Counted from the first letter of the stretch, positions 1 to 10,164 are shown. The stretch: 48,188 nucleotides of DNA from Candidatus Woesearchaeota archaeon (GCA_016180285.1 JACPBO010000005.1:1-48188); one strand, 5' to 3'. Notes: generated by a model from the letters alone, not told the origin. A program made the numbers and translations.

Positions 1-2
1 AT

Positions 3-1961
3 TTCAAAATTCTGGCATTTGACATTGAAACATACAATCCATACGGCAAGAATATCGATATGGAAAAGAATCCGATAATCATGGTGAGCTTTTACGGAAA
101 GGATTTTCAGAAAGTTATAACATGGAGGAGATTCAGGACAGAGGAAAAATACATTGAATTTGTTGACAGCGAGCTTGAGCTGATCGAGCGCTTCAGGGAC
201 ACCATTGAGAGGCACAAGCCGGAGCTTTTAGTGGGCTATTATTCTGACGGGTTTGACCTGCCTTATCTTGAGGCAAGGGCAAGGAAATACAAAATAAAGC
301 TTGACCTCGGCCTTGATCATTCAGGAATCAGGATAACAGCCGGAAGAAAAACACTGGCGCAGATAACCGGGCTGGTTCATCTTGATATTTTTAAATTTGT
401 GCTGAAGGTTATCGGAAGGGCAATGGAAACCGATTATTATGACCTTGACTCTGTTGCAAGCGAGCTGCTCGGAGAGGGAAAAAAGGATGTTGAGCTTGAC
501 AAGCTTGCCGAGGCATGGGACAGGGATCATGAAAAGCTCGAGGAATTCTGCAAATACAACTTAAGGGATTCTTTTTTAACTTACAGCATATGCGAAAAGG
601 TGCTCCCGAATCTTATTGAGCTTGTCAAAATAACAGGCTTTCCTATTTTTGATGTTGAAAGGATGCCTTTTTCTCTTTTGGTTGAAGCTTATCTGATGAA
701 GCAGAGCAGGAATTTCAACGAAATAATAATGAACAAGCCAACTCACGACAATATTATGGAGAGGAGAACTCACAGCTATAAAGGCGGCTTTGTTTACGAG
801 CCGACTCCGGGGCTGTACAGGGACATTGTTGTTTTTGATTACCGCAGCCTTTATCCGACAATAATAAGCAGCCACAATATTGACCCCGGAATGATGGACT
901 GCGACTGCTGCGAGGGAGAAGCCGAGCCAACTCCGACAGAAGGGAATGAGAAAAAACACTGGTTCTGCAAGAACAGGAAAGGATTTATTCCGTCAATAAT
1001 GGAAGACCTGATAACAAGAAGAATGAGAATCAAAGAGATGATAAAAAACAAAGGCAGGCATGTCCTGCTTGATGCCAGGTCTGAGGCATTAAAAGTGCTG
1101 AGCAATGCATTTTACGGCTATCTGGGATTTTTCGGAGCCCGCTGGTACAACATTGAATGCGCTCAGTCTGTGACGGCGTGGGGCCGGTATTACATTCATA
1201 AAGTCATAGATAAAGCAAAAAAAGACGGCTTCAATGTTGTCTACTCTGATACGGATTCCGTGTTTTTGACACTGGCTGGGAAAACAAAGAATGATGCTGA
1301 ACAATTTTCAGAAAGGATAAATGTTGATCTTCCGGGTTTGATGGAGCTTGAGTATGAAGGATATTATCCTGCTGGAATTTTTGTTTCTGCAAAGATGACA
1401 GGGTATGGTGCCAAGAAGAAATATGCATTATTGCCTGAAGACGGTAAAATAAAGATAAAAGGATTTGAAACAGTCAGGAGGAACTGGAGTGTTGTTGCAA
1501 AGGAAACTCAGGAGAATGTCCTCAATATTATTTTGAAAGAGAATAACAGGGAGAAGGCATTCAGTTATGTGCAGGACGTTATAGCTGATTTAAAAGCGAG
1601 GAAAGTTCCTCTTTACAAGGTTGTCATTTATACACAGATGCAGAAGGAAATTAAAGGGTACGATTCAGTTGGCCCGCATGTTGCTGTTGCAAAAAGAATG
1701 GAGCAGAAAGGCATTCCCGTAGGAGCAGGCTCAATGATAAAGTTTGTTGTTGCGAAAAGCAAAGATGGAACGCAAAAGGAATCAATAAGCGAGAGGGCAA
1801 GGCTGCCCGAGGAAGTGACAGAGGAGGGTTATGATCCCGAGTATTACATCAAAAACCAGGTTGTTCCCTCTGTTGAGAAGATCTTTGAAGTTTTAGGATA
1901 CAGAAAAGAGGATTTCTTTGAAAGCAAGGAGCAGCATAAATTGGACAGGTTTTTTAATTGA
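3..1961 (+). CDS. polB: Family B DNA polymerase, 5'-truncated by the window edge
   Basis: Frame is open from base 3 (FKILAFDIET, ExoI). Also GYYSDGFD (ExoII), DYRSLYP (motif A), KVLSNAFYGY (motif B), YSDTDS (motif C) and a C-terminal PIP-box-like QHKLDRFF. Confidence 0.97.
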   Translation, partial: FKILAFDIETYNPYGKNIDMEKNPIIMVSFYGKDFQKVITWRRFRTEEKYIEFVDSELELIERFRDTIERHKPELLVGYYSDGFDLPYLEARARKYKIKLDLGLDHSGIRITAGRKTLAQITGLVHLDIFKFVLKVIGRAMETDYYDLDSVASELLGEGKKDVELDKLAEAWDRDHEKLEEFCKYNLRDSFLTYSICEKVLPNLIELVKITGFPIFDVERMPFSLLVEAYLMKQSRNFNEIIMNKPTHDNIMERRTHSYKGGFVYEPTPGLYRDIVVFDYRSLYPTIISSHNIDPGMMDCDCCEGEAEPTPTEGNEKKHWFCKNRKGFIPSIMEDLITRRMRIKEMIKNKGRHVLLDARSEALKVLSNAFYGYLGFFGARWYNIECAQSVTAWGRYYIHKVIDKAKKDGFNVVYSDTDSVFLTLAGKTKNDAEQFSERINVDLPGLMELEYEGYYPAGIFVSAKMTGYGAKKKYALLPEDGKIKIKGFETVRRNWSVVAKETQENVLNIILKENNREKAFSYVQDVIADLKARKVPLYKVVIYTQMQKEIKGYDSVGPHVAVAKRMEQKGIPVGAGSMIKFVVAKSKDGTQKESISERARLPEEVTEEGYDPEYYIKNQVVPSVEKIFEVLGYRKEDFFESKEQHKLDRFFN

Positions 1962-1982
1962 GTTGATTTACTTATTCTTCTA

Positions 1983-2741
1983 TTATTTTTTCAATTCCAT
2001 ATAAAAATTCTTCGCAAACAATATGCTCATTGGCCACGCCACCGCATTGACCAGCATTATCAAAACCATATATATAATATTAGCAGCATACATTGCGCTC
2101 ACAAGAATATTGCCGCCTGCAGTGTATGCTATAATCAGCGTCAGCAATACGCCTAAAATAAGGCCAACCACCATAACTACTGAAGAGATTACAGAAATCA
2201 GCAAAAAGAACAAAAGCAGATAACCAAACACACTCCACCACTTTCCTTTAACCACTTCCTTGCTTTTCTTCATAGACTCTATAATTGCTTTGTTCTCGCC
2301 AACAAGGGCAATAGACGAGAATGCCCAGTAGACTGAAAAAATAATTCCAGGTATGACAAAAAGGATAAACAGCGCTAACAAAGCCAGGCCTTTGACAAGT
2401 GCCAATCCCAAAAATCGCAAATAATATTTCATTCCGCCTTTTACAGCATCATTAAAGCTCATTCTTCCCTTTTTGTTATAAATAAAAAGATAATAAAAGG
2501 CAGTTGTATTAAGCAGAATAACCGCAAGATATGCTACATATAAAATTATAAACAACACCGCAAAAAATACGGATTTGGCAGGCTCGCCAGATTTAAAATA
2601 TGGAGACAAAAATATTAGCGAGTAAAACATCGCTGTAGGAATGATGTATAACAGCAAATATATCAAAGATGCAAGTTTGAAATTATCTCTATATTCATTC
2701 CAAGATTTTTTCAGTAGATTGTAAAAGTCTACTTCTGCCAT
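1983..2741 (-). CDS. Polytopic membrane protein, unknown function
   Basis: 252 aa with about 6 hydrophobic segments. The 'IPGIIFSVYW...ESMKKSKEVVKGKWW' pattern is common in uncharacterised membrane families. Confidence 0.75.
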   Translation of the reverse strand: MAEVDFYNLLKKSWNEYRDNFKLASLIYLLLYIIPTAMFYSLIFLSPYFKSGEPAKSVFFAVLFIILYVAYLAVILLNTTAFYYLFIYNKKGRMSFNDAVKGGMKYYLRFLGLALVKGLALLALFILFVIPGIIFSVYWAFSSIALVGENKAIIESMKKSKEVVKGKWWSVFGYLLLFFLLISVISSVVMVVGLILGVLLTLIIAYTAGGNILVSAMYAANIIYMVLIMLVNAVAWPMSILFAKNFYMELKK

Positions 2742-2773
2742 TTAGAGAAAGTAATATGAACGGCTATTTAAGC

Positions 2774-3658
2774 TTAACTGAAAACTTTCCTTATTGCACT
2801 TTCCAAATCCAAAGGCTTTCTCTTAAAAATCTCTTTGATCTTTCTTTCCCTGCAGCACATATCTATCTTCAGGCTCTTTGCAAGCTCTATGGTTTCTTTG
2901 TACGGAGTTTTTGTCAGAAGAGAGATGTAAACTGCAGTCGATGTTATTAAGTAAAACGGCAATAAGATATGCAGCCTTTTCTTGTTCATAGTGTTTTCTA
3001 TTTTTCTTAAAATCTCTTCATAACCGTATTCTTTCCCTACACCGATCTCAATGATTTTATTTGCTGTTTTTTTGTTTTTTAATGAATCGATTAGGTAAAA
3101 TAAAACATCATCTAAGGCAACTGGCTCCATTTTTGTTTCTGCCCATTTTGGGAGAAAAATAATTGGAAAATATTTTGCAGTCAAATACAATGTTCTGAAC
3201 GGAAGGCTTTTCATGCCAATTATCATGCCTGCCCTGAAAATTGTGTATTGAATGCTGTTGTTTATGATTTCGTTTTCAAAAATCCACCTTCCTTTCAAAT
3301 GGCCAGATTCTGCATTCTCCGCAGCCATCAAGCCGCTAATGTAGATTATTCTCTTTACATTGTTCTTTCTGCATGCCTTGACAAGGTTAATAGCAGCTGT
3401 TTTTTCTGTTGAGAGCAAATTTCCCTTGTTTTTTTGAATGCCCATTGTGTGGACAAGGCAGTAAACAACATCTATGTTTTTTGCTGCGGCATACAATGAA
3501 TCCAAATCAAGCAGATCTCCGACAGCAATATCGCATTTTGCCTGCAAACGAGCATTCTTTTTTCTTACAAGGCATCTTATGCTGTGCTTTGTTTTAGACA
3601 GATGTTTCAATAGTTCGCCTCCAAGAAAGCCTGTTGCGCCTGCTATAAGGATGTTCAT
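2774..3658 (-). CDS. Atypical SDR / NAD(P)-binding epimerase-like protein (YbjT-like)
   Basis: N-terminal Rossmann motif GATGFLG; DVVYCLVH; RAGMIIG. Confidence 0.85.
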   Translation of the reverse strand: MNILIAGATGFLGGELLKHLSKTKHSIRCLVRKKNARLQAKCDIAVGDLLDLDSLYAAAKNIDVVYCLVHTMGIQKNKGNLLSTEKTAAINLVKACRKNNVKRIIYISGLMAAENAESGHLKGRWIFENEIINNSIQYTIFRAGMIIGMKSLPFRTLYLTAKYFPIIFLPKWAETKMEPVALDDVLFYLIDSLKNKKTANKIIEIGVGKEYGYEEILRKIENTMNKKRLHILLPFYLITSTAVYISLLTKTPYKETIELAKSLKIDMCCRERKIKEIFKRKPLDLESAIRKVFS

Positions 3659-3734
3659 GACATAAGATTATTTGAGCTTAATTTAAATTTTTCTAAGTTA
3701 AGTTTATATACAGTTACCTCTTTAATAAAAAAAG

Positions 3735-5171
3735 ATGGAAAAAACAAAAAGCAAAAAAATAATATTTGTAGAGCCCCGCGGGTCAGCTGCAAATGTGTTC
3801 TCGAGCCAGATGACGCTTCCATTGCTCGGCCCGATATACCTTGCAACAATGCTTAAGAATGAAGGCTATGATGCAAGAGTTCACAATGAGAATCTTCTTG
3901 GGAGAGATGTAGCCATGCACGAGCTTGATGCTGATATTTTATGCATTACCGGATTAACATCAACAATCAGCAGAGGCTATGAGATTGCAAAGGATTTCAA
4001 AGCGCTAAATCCAGAGAGAAAAGTAATAATAGGCGGCATACATGCGTCATTCATGAAAGAAGAAGCTGCCAAATATGCTGATAATGTTGTTATCGGGGAA
4101 GGCGAGAATGCAATACTTGATTTGATCAAAAATGGTTCATCAGAAAAATTCATTCATTCCAGCCAGTTAAGCGATTTAAGCAGCTTGCCAATGCCGGATT
4201 TCACAGTCCTTAAAAATTATCAGGGAATGGGCATGACCCCCATAATGACGTCAAGAGGATGCCCATTTGGATGCAATTTTTGCTCTGTGACTGCCCTGTT
4301 CGGCAGAAAGTACAGGACGAACAGCGCCGAGCAGGTCATCAAAGAATTCAGAAACATCAAAACAAAAACCGCATTCTTTTATGATGACAATCTTTGCGCA
4401 GACAGGCAAAGGTCTTATGAAATTTTTAACAGCATTGCAAAAGAGAACCTCGGAATTAAATGGTCAGCTCAGGTAAGATGCGATGCTGCGCAGGACAATA
4501 GGCTGCTTAAAAAAATGGCAGACGCGGGGTGCGACAGGGTTTTTATCGGGTTTGAATCAGTCAATCAAAGGACATTAGATGGATATAAAAAAAATCAATC
4601 CTTGGATGACATTGTGCTCGCAATTAAAAGGTTTCACGAATATGGAATAAAGATTCATGGCATGTTTGTGCTTGGCTCTGACAAGGATGATAAGTCCATA
4701 TTCAACGCTACAAATGACTTTTCAAATGCCCAGGACATAGACTCTGTCCAATACTCGATCCTTACGCCGCTGCCAGGCACTCCTGTTTACAATATGCTTG
4801 CAGCGCAAAAAAGGCTGCTGCACAGGGTATGGGAATATTACGACGGAATGCATGTTGTTTTCAGGCCCAAACTGCTCTCTCCCCTGGAATTGCAGCAGGG
4901 AATAATTGACTCTTACAAAAAGTTTTACACATCAACAAAGCTACTGAAAGGCGCATTAAATTTGTTTTATGACAAAACAATAAACCGCTTTTCTTCTGCC
5001 ATTGGAGGATTGAAAACATATGCTCCAAAAAACTGGGATACAACTCTGCTTGGCAAGGTGATAATAAGCAGATGGCTCAATCTGAACAAGTCTTATTTGG
5101 ATTACCTGAAGCGCATTAAAACTGCTTATGAAGGGAGCAAATTAAACATCATGCCAAAGCATTCCTTATAG
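3735..5171 (+). CDS. B12-binding-domain radical SAM protein
   Basis: GGIHAS and GEGE in the N-terminal domain; SRGCPFGCNFC; YDDN; GFES; TPLPGT. Confidence 0.92.
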   Translation: MEKTKSKKIIFVEPRGSAANVFSSQMTLPLLGPIYLATMLKNEGYDARVHNENLLGRDVAMHELDADILCITGLTSTISRGYEIAKDFKALNPERKVIIGGIHASFMKEEAAKYADNVVIGEGENAILDLIKNGSSEKFIHSSQLSDLSSLPMPDFTVLKNYQGMGMTPIMTSRGCPFGCNFCSVTALFGRKYRTNSAEQVIKEFRNIKTKTAFFYDDNLCADRQRSYEIFNSIAKENLGIKWSAQVRCDAAQDNRLLKKMADAGCDRVFIGFESVNQRTLDGYKKNQSLDDIVLAIKRFHEYGIKIHGMFVLGSDKDDKSIFNATNDFSNAQDIDSVQYSILTPLPGTPVYNMLAAQKRLLHRVWEYYDGMHVVFRPKLLSPLELQQGIIDSYKKFYTSTKLLKGALNLFYDKTINRFSSAIGGLKTYAPKNWDTTLLGKVIISRWLNLNKSYLDYLKRIKTAYEGSKLNIMPKHSL

Positions 5172-5183
5172 CGGCTTCTAAAT

Positions 5184-7472
5184 TCATTGGCTTTCTGATG
5201 CATTCAATAAATCTTTTGGCAATAAGTATGGTATACCATAATCGCTGATAAGAAAAGATGAAAAATCGTAATTTACGCCAAATGAATTCAGAAACATTTG
5301 ATGCGCTCGTCTTGTGTATTTGCCCAGTATTTGATTAAAATTCTTTTCAAGCTCCTCAGACATATTTTTTTCAGATATAATTGCAGAAACCTCCTCTTTT
5401 TTTTGTATTATGGGCAGCAAACCCACAAGCTTGCCGTCTCTTGGGTCGCCGGTTGATTCGTACCAGTTAGAATGGAGCAATTCTGAAAATTCATGCGGCA
5501 GGCTTTCAGCATACTTTTCTATTTCCTCTTTATATGATCTCCATAGTTCCTGAAATTCAGGCAATTCTGATTTAAGCGCTGATGAAAGAATCTGGGTATC
5601 AATAATATTGTCAATAAAAGATGTCCTTAATTTTATTTTTCCATCAACATTATCTGTGCAGCAGCTATAAACGCGCATCTCTGTTCTATATTCTGGTTTT
5701 TCCTCCGAAGGACAACAAGGCTCTGCATCATTATTGAGGTTTACGTAGCCCTTGCTCATCAGGCGCGCCATTCTTTTAAGCCTTAGGTTCTTTTCTTCTA
5801 TTTTTATTCTTGATTTAGTGATAATCCGGTGAGGAAATACAATATATCTTACATCCTCTCCAAGTTCGCCTTGTATGGATATATGATATGCCATGTCCTG
5901 TTCTGTGTTAAAGAGCCCCATTTTATACAGGAATGCAATTCCCAGGATTTGACTATGGAATGTTTTTGATGGCCTGAAAGCTGCTTCTACTGTTTCCATG
6001 TACTCTGGCCTTCTTGGAGAATTAATTCCGAAATAACGCAAAGCCTGTTTCCAGGCAAAACTCGTGTTTATCTCCGGCTTGGGCTTCGGAACTTGAATTT
6101 CGCAGCCAACAGGCAGAAGAAATTTTGAATAAAGGGCTTCAATCTCAGCAAGTCTGTCTTCCAATCCGCTTATGCCAAGGTAGTACGCAAGATTTACCGC
6201 GCCCTTTGCACCAACTGACAGCCTTTTGTCCTGCTTTGGCAATTCAAATTCTTTGATAACTGCAAATCTTGCTAAAGGAAAATTATCTTTGTCTTCGTCT
6301 TTTATTGGCCATGATTTGGGGTGTAGAGAATAGGATTTAGCAGAGGCTTCAGGCAGCTTTGAGAGGGCAAGCCATTTTGAGCGCAATATAATATCTTCTT
6401 CAGCAAAAGCCTCTTCAAAATTAAATTGAAGCATTACTTTCGCATACTCGACTAAAAAAGAGCCCAAATCCTTCTTTTTCACATTTAATTCATTTCCGAG
6501 CTCCATGCCCTTGTTGATTATAAAGTTCTTGAAATACCCATAAGGAGCATGTGAAACAACAACCCCTGTTAAAAGTTCTTTTGTACGGTAATCAAATGGA
6601 TCTTGCTCCTTCTTCACCTCAAGGTTTATGATATCGCTTTCTCTTACCGCTGCTGTGAAGATGGAAAGATCAATAGGGTCTTCAAGATTTATCGAAGCCC
6701 TACTTTGCATTTCAAAAGAATCTGGCAAGAGCTGCCTTAAAATTTCATTAAGCTTTATCTTCCATATTTCAGGCTTTGGCGATTTTGCCATTTCCTGCGA
6801 TACAAACATAAAACCGTTATTGAGCAAGTCTAGTGCTTCCGGATAAACATCGCAAGTAGAGTAACCGAATCTAAATATGAGCTCTGATACAGCTTCAGGA
6901 TTTTTACCATAGTTCTGCGCAAGCCACACGGGATTAAGCAAAAATCCAATCCAAGATGGAATAATTGTTTTTTCAGGAAAGCCATAAAAATCTAATAATG
7001 GCCAAATGAGCTCTGTGTTTCTCGAATAGCAAAGGGTTTTAGCAATTTGCTGGGCGTCTGGTGTCTTTAATAGGGGGAGAACTTCAGCTACATGATCGGG
7101 GTATTTATAAGATATGGCCTTTGTTGCTGCTTTTCTCACCTCTGCATCTTCATGCTCTAAATTATTTTTAATATGTGGGAGCAAAACACCATTTTTCGGG
7201 TTATTTGCGTAAGAAAGAGCAGTAAGTATCTTTTGCCTTATTTCTGGTTCTCCAGAAAGGCCAGCAATTATCTTTTCAATAAATTGCTGGTTTTGTATCT
7301 GCTCGTTTATTTTTCTTGCCACGCCCTTTTGCACAAGAAGGTTGTCAATAGTAAAAAATTCAAACAGGTTTTCATCATTAATTTTAGAATAAACTGTTTT
7401 AAGAAGATGATCCTGGCTTTTTTGCTCAAAATGAGACTTTGCCAGCTCTTCAAGTAAATTTTTATTCATCAT
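5184..7472 (-). CDS. 762-aa protein with HEAT-like N-terminal repeats and a possible COOH-NH2 ligase-fold domain
   Basis: HEAT-like LEHEDAEVRKAATKAI; later GCEIQ, VEAAFRP, YHISIQG and RTEMR in ligase-like order. The ORF is secure; the function is inferred. Confidence 0.6.
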   Translation of the reverse strand: MMNKNLLEELAKSHFEQKSQDHLLKTVYSKINDENLFEFFTIDNLLVQKGVARKINEQIQNQQFIEKIIAGLSGEPEIRQKILTALSYANNPKNGVLLPHIKNNLEHEDAEVRKAATKAISYKYPDHVAEVLPLLKTPDAQQIAKTLCYSRNTELIWPLLDFYGFPEKTIIPSWIGFLLNPVWLAQNYGKNPEAVSELIFRFGYSTCDVYPEALDLLNNGFMFVSQEMAKSPKPEIWKIKLNEILRQLLPDSFEMQSRASINLEDPIDLSIFTAAVRESDIINLEVKKEQDPFDYRTKELLTGVVVSHAPYGYFKNFIINKGMELGNELNVKKKDLGSFLVEYAKVMLQFNFEEAFAEEDIILRSKWLALSKLPEASAKSYSLHPKSWPIKDEDKDNFPLARFAVIKEFELPKQDKRLSVGAKGAVNLAYYLGISGLEDRLAEIEALYSKFLLPVGCEIQVPKPKPEINTSFAWKQALRYFGINSPRRPEYMETVEAAFRPSKTFHSQILGIAFLYKMGLFNTEQDMAYHISIQGELGEDVRYIVFPHRIITKSRIKIEEKNLRLKRMARLMSKGYVNLNNDAEPCCPSEEKPEYRTEMRVYSCCTDNVDGKIKLRTSFIDNIIDTQILSSALKSELPEFQELWRSYKEEIEKYAESLPHEFSELLHSNWYESTGDPRDGKLVGLLPIIQKKEEVSAIISEKNMSEELEKNFNQILGKYTRRAHQMFLNSFGVNYDFSSFLISDYGIPYLLPKDLLNASESQ

Positions 7473-7573
7473 ACTTCTTCCTTGGAAAATGAAGGCACGT
7501 TTAAAAAAGTATTGTTTTGAATAAGCTGTTTTCCGAAAGTTTTATATATGTATTTTACTACAGAGTTAAATTG

Positions 7574-7726
7574 ATGGGGCTGGAATTCAATTTCTTTAAT
7601 AGCGTGGAGCATCTAGAGCCGAAGTGCCCGAAGTGCATGGTTAAGATAGAGTACGGAATAAATACAGAATATGTTGAAGTTAAGAAAGCCCATGTGTGCC
7701 TTAAATGCGGGTTTATTTTAAAATAA
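7574..7726 (+). CDS. 50-aa zinc-ribbon protein
   Basis: CPKC...CLKC. BRE/TATA (CGAAAGTTTATATA) lies about 25 nt upstream of ATG 7574, so the start is moved from 7517. Confidence 0.75.
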   Translation: MGLEFNFFNSVEHLEPKCPKCMVKIEYGINTEYVEVKKAHVCLKCGFILK

Positions 7727-7778
7727 ATATTTGTTTTAGGCTAAGGAATCATCATGATTTAGGGTGGGCAATAATTAA

Positions 7779-8336
7779 TTAGCATGATTCTAGTAATTTT
7801 AATGCCTTTTTATACATGGGCTCTGCAATTTTTCTTGCCTTCTTAGAGCTTATTCTGTTATACATCCACTCTATTTTACCTCTAACTTTTTCTTTTCCAA
7901 GAATTGGAGCATCATGCTTAATGTGGCGAAACGAATTAGTTTCAAAATAACTTATACTATCTGCATCCTTGATTAAATTGGATTCTTCATCCCCGCCCTC
8001 TTCATGGTGCCTCACCATATTATAAACTCTTTGGATATTTTTTTCATCATAACCCTCTTTTTTAAGAAAATCAGAAATTAATCTAGCTCCTTCTTCTTGG
8101 TGCTCTTCCAACAAAGCAGGATTATTAAAATCCAGGATCTTGAAAGTTTCCGATGTATTGGTTTTTCTAAATGCTCTTTGAATGTCATGCGAATACGCAG
8201 CTATAAGAACTGCTTCATCAGCATCAGGCTTTAGTTTTTTAACCCAATAAACAGCATTCTCAAAATGCTTAACACTCTTACTAGTAACACATTGCTCGAA
8301 TGACTTATTTACGTAGCTCATTACTTTGTCCAGCAT
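7779..8336 (-). CDS. HD-domain protein (DUF4202-like)
   Basis: H...SHDIQR...RHHE...DAD arrangement of the HD superfamily. Start at ATG 8336. Confidence 0.8.
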   Translation of the reverse strand: MLDKVMSYVNKSFEQCVTSKSVKHFENAVYWVKKLKPDADEAVLIAAYSHDIQRAFRKTNTSETFKILDFNNPALLEEHQEEGARLISDFLKKEGYDEKNIQRVYNMVRHHEEGGDEESNLIKDADSISYFETNSFRHIKHDAPILGKEKVRGKIEWMYNRISSKKARKIAEPMYKKALKLLESC

Positions 8337-8430
8337 GCTAATTAAAATAATCAATTTGTATAAATAGTTATTGGTATAAAAACCGGTTTAAACAAAAACG
8401 TTTAAATATCCAAACACTAAAATAAAACCA

Positions 8431-9372
8431 ATGGCTGATGCAAAGCTTGTAAAATACATAAAAGAGCAGCTGAAAAGAGGGTACACAGCAGATCAGGTTA
8501 AAAGCTACCTTCTTAATTACGGCTATAATATAAATTCTGTAAACGAGGCGATTGACCAGGCAGCCAGCAGAAAGGCGAATTTCATGCCGCTGCTGATCAT
8601 AATATCTGTTCTTATTGTAATCGGGCTTGCAGCCTATTTTTTAATAACAACGCTTGAAAAAAAGCCTATTTCCGAGCAGCCTGGCTATATTCCGCCAACG
8701 CAGCCAACTATACCGACAACTCAGCCAACCACAACAACGCAGACAACTACCCCGATAATTCCTCCAACTAAGCCAACTACATTGCCTACAACCACTCCGA
8801 CAACACAGCCGCCAGCAACGCCGACACCCAAGCCAACACCAGGCATTACAATCGAGAAAATAAAAGAGATGGCAAAAAGAAGCCCTGATGATGCTGCAGA
8901 CAACTGCATAAAATTAGAGGATTCAAGGGACATTGATGACTGCTATAAAGCAGTTGCTGAAACAGCCAACAGCAGCGTTTATTGCAGAAAAATAGCTAAA
9001 GTGTTTTCAAAGGATTCCTGCTATGTTACATTTATTTTAATAGGCGACTACAGCATGTGCGGCGATATAACTGATTCTTATTATAAAAACAGCTGTGAAA
9101 CTTTGAAGAAGCTGGAGCTGACGCAGCAGCTTATCGCAGAAAACAGGACAAGCGAGGTTGCGGAGATGTATAATATAACAATAACTGCTTCTAAAAGCAA
9201 GCTTGACAGGATCATAGATTATGTTAACGAAGGCAAAACTAATGAGCAGATTGCAACAACATTGAACGACGAGCTGACTCCTTCTTATAATAATGTTCTG
9301 AACACAATAAGAAATGCAGTTGCTGAAGGAAAAACAAAGGACGAGATAAAAACGATGATTGAGGGCGGTTAA
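8431..9372 (+). CDS. Membrane-anchored surface protein with a Pro/Thr stalk and a Cys-repeat domain
   Basis: Small N-terminal helical domain, one TM helix, a linker of about 55 aa rich in P and T, and repeated C-x9/10-DxCY units. Confidence 0.75.
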   Translation: MADAKLVKYIKEQLKRGYTADQVKSYLLNYGYNINSVNEAIDQAASRKANFMPLLIIISVLIVIGLAAYFLITTLEKKPISEQPGYIPPTQPTIPTTQPTTTTQTTTPIIPPTKPTTLPTTTPTTQPPATPTPKPTPGITIEKIKEMAKRSPDDAADNCIKLEDSRDIDDCYKAVAETANSSVYCRKIAKVFSKDSCYVTFILIGDYSMCGDITDSYYKNSCETLKKLELTQQLIAENRTSEVAEMYNITITASKSKLDRIIDYVNEGKTNEQIATTLNDELTPSYNNVLNTIRNAVAEGKTKDEIKTMIEGG

Positions 9373-9938
9373 GATTCGAGAGAGCCGAACATTTTAACAA
9401 GATCTTCGGTAGAATAAATGATTACTTTCATTTGTTTTTCTTTTAACATTTTATCTTTGCTTCAAATAGGGCATTTTAATTTTAAAGCCAAAGCAAAATA
9501 ATCTGCATCTTGTCAAAAACCACCCATCATAGATGGGTGGCATGTAGTTACGTTCCATCGCATCAGGTGGAGGTGGTTTTTGAGCATGCTCAGAATTTTC
9601 CACATACAAAAAAGGTTGGCTTTCTGCCACCAGTCAAAGACTGGATGGAAAATTCTGACATTTTTATCTGGGCTGATCTTTTCGGCTTCAGTGATATATT
9701 TTGCTGTTTCCTCATTCGGAACTGTCTTTATTTTCTTTTTCAGTATATCCATCAATTCATCGAAATCTTCATTTGTTCTCTCAGTTTTCTCAGATATTGC
9801 TTCTTTATACTTATCGAATTCTTCAAATATGAACTCAGGTGCAAAAAGATGCAAATCTTCTTCAAATATAATCTCTTCTGTTTTTCCTTTCTTAATCAAA
9901 ACAGAAAATAAGATGTTTGCATCAATTACTAAATCCAT
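9369..9938 (-). pseudogene. vapC: VapC/PIN-domain toxin interrupted by a 150-bp insert and carrying a nonsense codon
   Basis: Starts MDLVIDANILFS. Removing 9511-9660 gives ...ISPDKKDADYFALALKLKCPI*SKDK...ES-stop (140 codons). TGA at 9462-9464 replaces the W expected in the 'IWSND' motif. Confidence 0.88.
9511..9660 (-). mobile_element. Double-hairpin insertion element, copy A (150 bp)
   Basis: On the + strand: TGTCAAAAACCACC...GGTGGTTTTTGA GCATGC TCAGAATTTTCCA...TGGAAAATTCTGACA. Homologous to 35451-35504 and 41950-42095. Confidence 0.88.
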
Positions 9939-9939
9939 C

Positions 9940-10164
9940 TTAGTTGGGGTGCCTTCTCTTTGCAAGATTTCTATTAAGTTCCCCGCCCCATTTCAGGGCA
10001 TCTTCTTCTGTAATTGTGCTTTTTGCTTTAAACTTTTTAATAAACTCCAAATCATTGATTTTTTCATCAAAGGCCTCTCTGGCAACAGCACTCCAGTTTA
10101 TTTCTGCAAATAAGTCCATTTTCTGCTTCAATTCCAGCGGCACCGATAATGTTACATTTACCAT
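9940..10164 (-). CDS. Ribbon-helix-helix antitoxin (VapB-like)
   Basis: MVNVTLSVP...EINWSAVAREA; lies directly upstream of the PIN gene; has a GGAGG SD. Confidence 0.8.
   Translation of the reverse strand: MVNVTLSVPLELKQKMDLFAEINWSAVAREAFDEKINDLEFIKKFKAKSTITEEDALKWGGELNRNLAKRRHPN

Noticed and set aside
1262..1271. GTTTTTGACA matching the element terminus, inside polB
   Set aside because: It encodes the conserved DSVFLT after motif C; there is no GCATGC core or second arm.
3..1961. Intein or viral/casposon origin for polB
   Set aside because: The motifs are contiguous with no insertion, there is a PIP-like tail, and no cas1, capsid gene or terminal repeat is nearby in the window.
9462..9464. 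In-frame TGA at a Trp position as evidence of recoding or selenocysteine
   Set aside because: TGA ends many genes here (polB, hydA and the ATGA overlaps), Trp is TGG elsewhere, and the gene is already disrupted.
9511..9660. Inserts as canonical bulge-helix-bulge archaeal introns or CRISPR repeats
   Set aside because: The termini pair flush at the junctions without the 3-4-3 BHB geometry, and the copies are dispersed with no spacer array.
9513..9965. ORF-track 150-aa protein, and likewise ORF 41875-42072, as real standalone genes
   Set aside because: Both are chimeras of host-gene sequence and element sequence.
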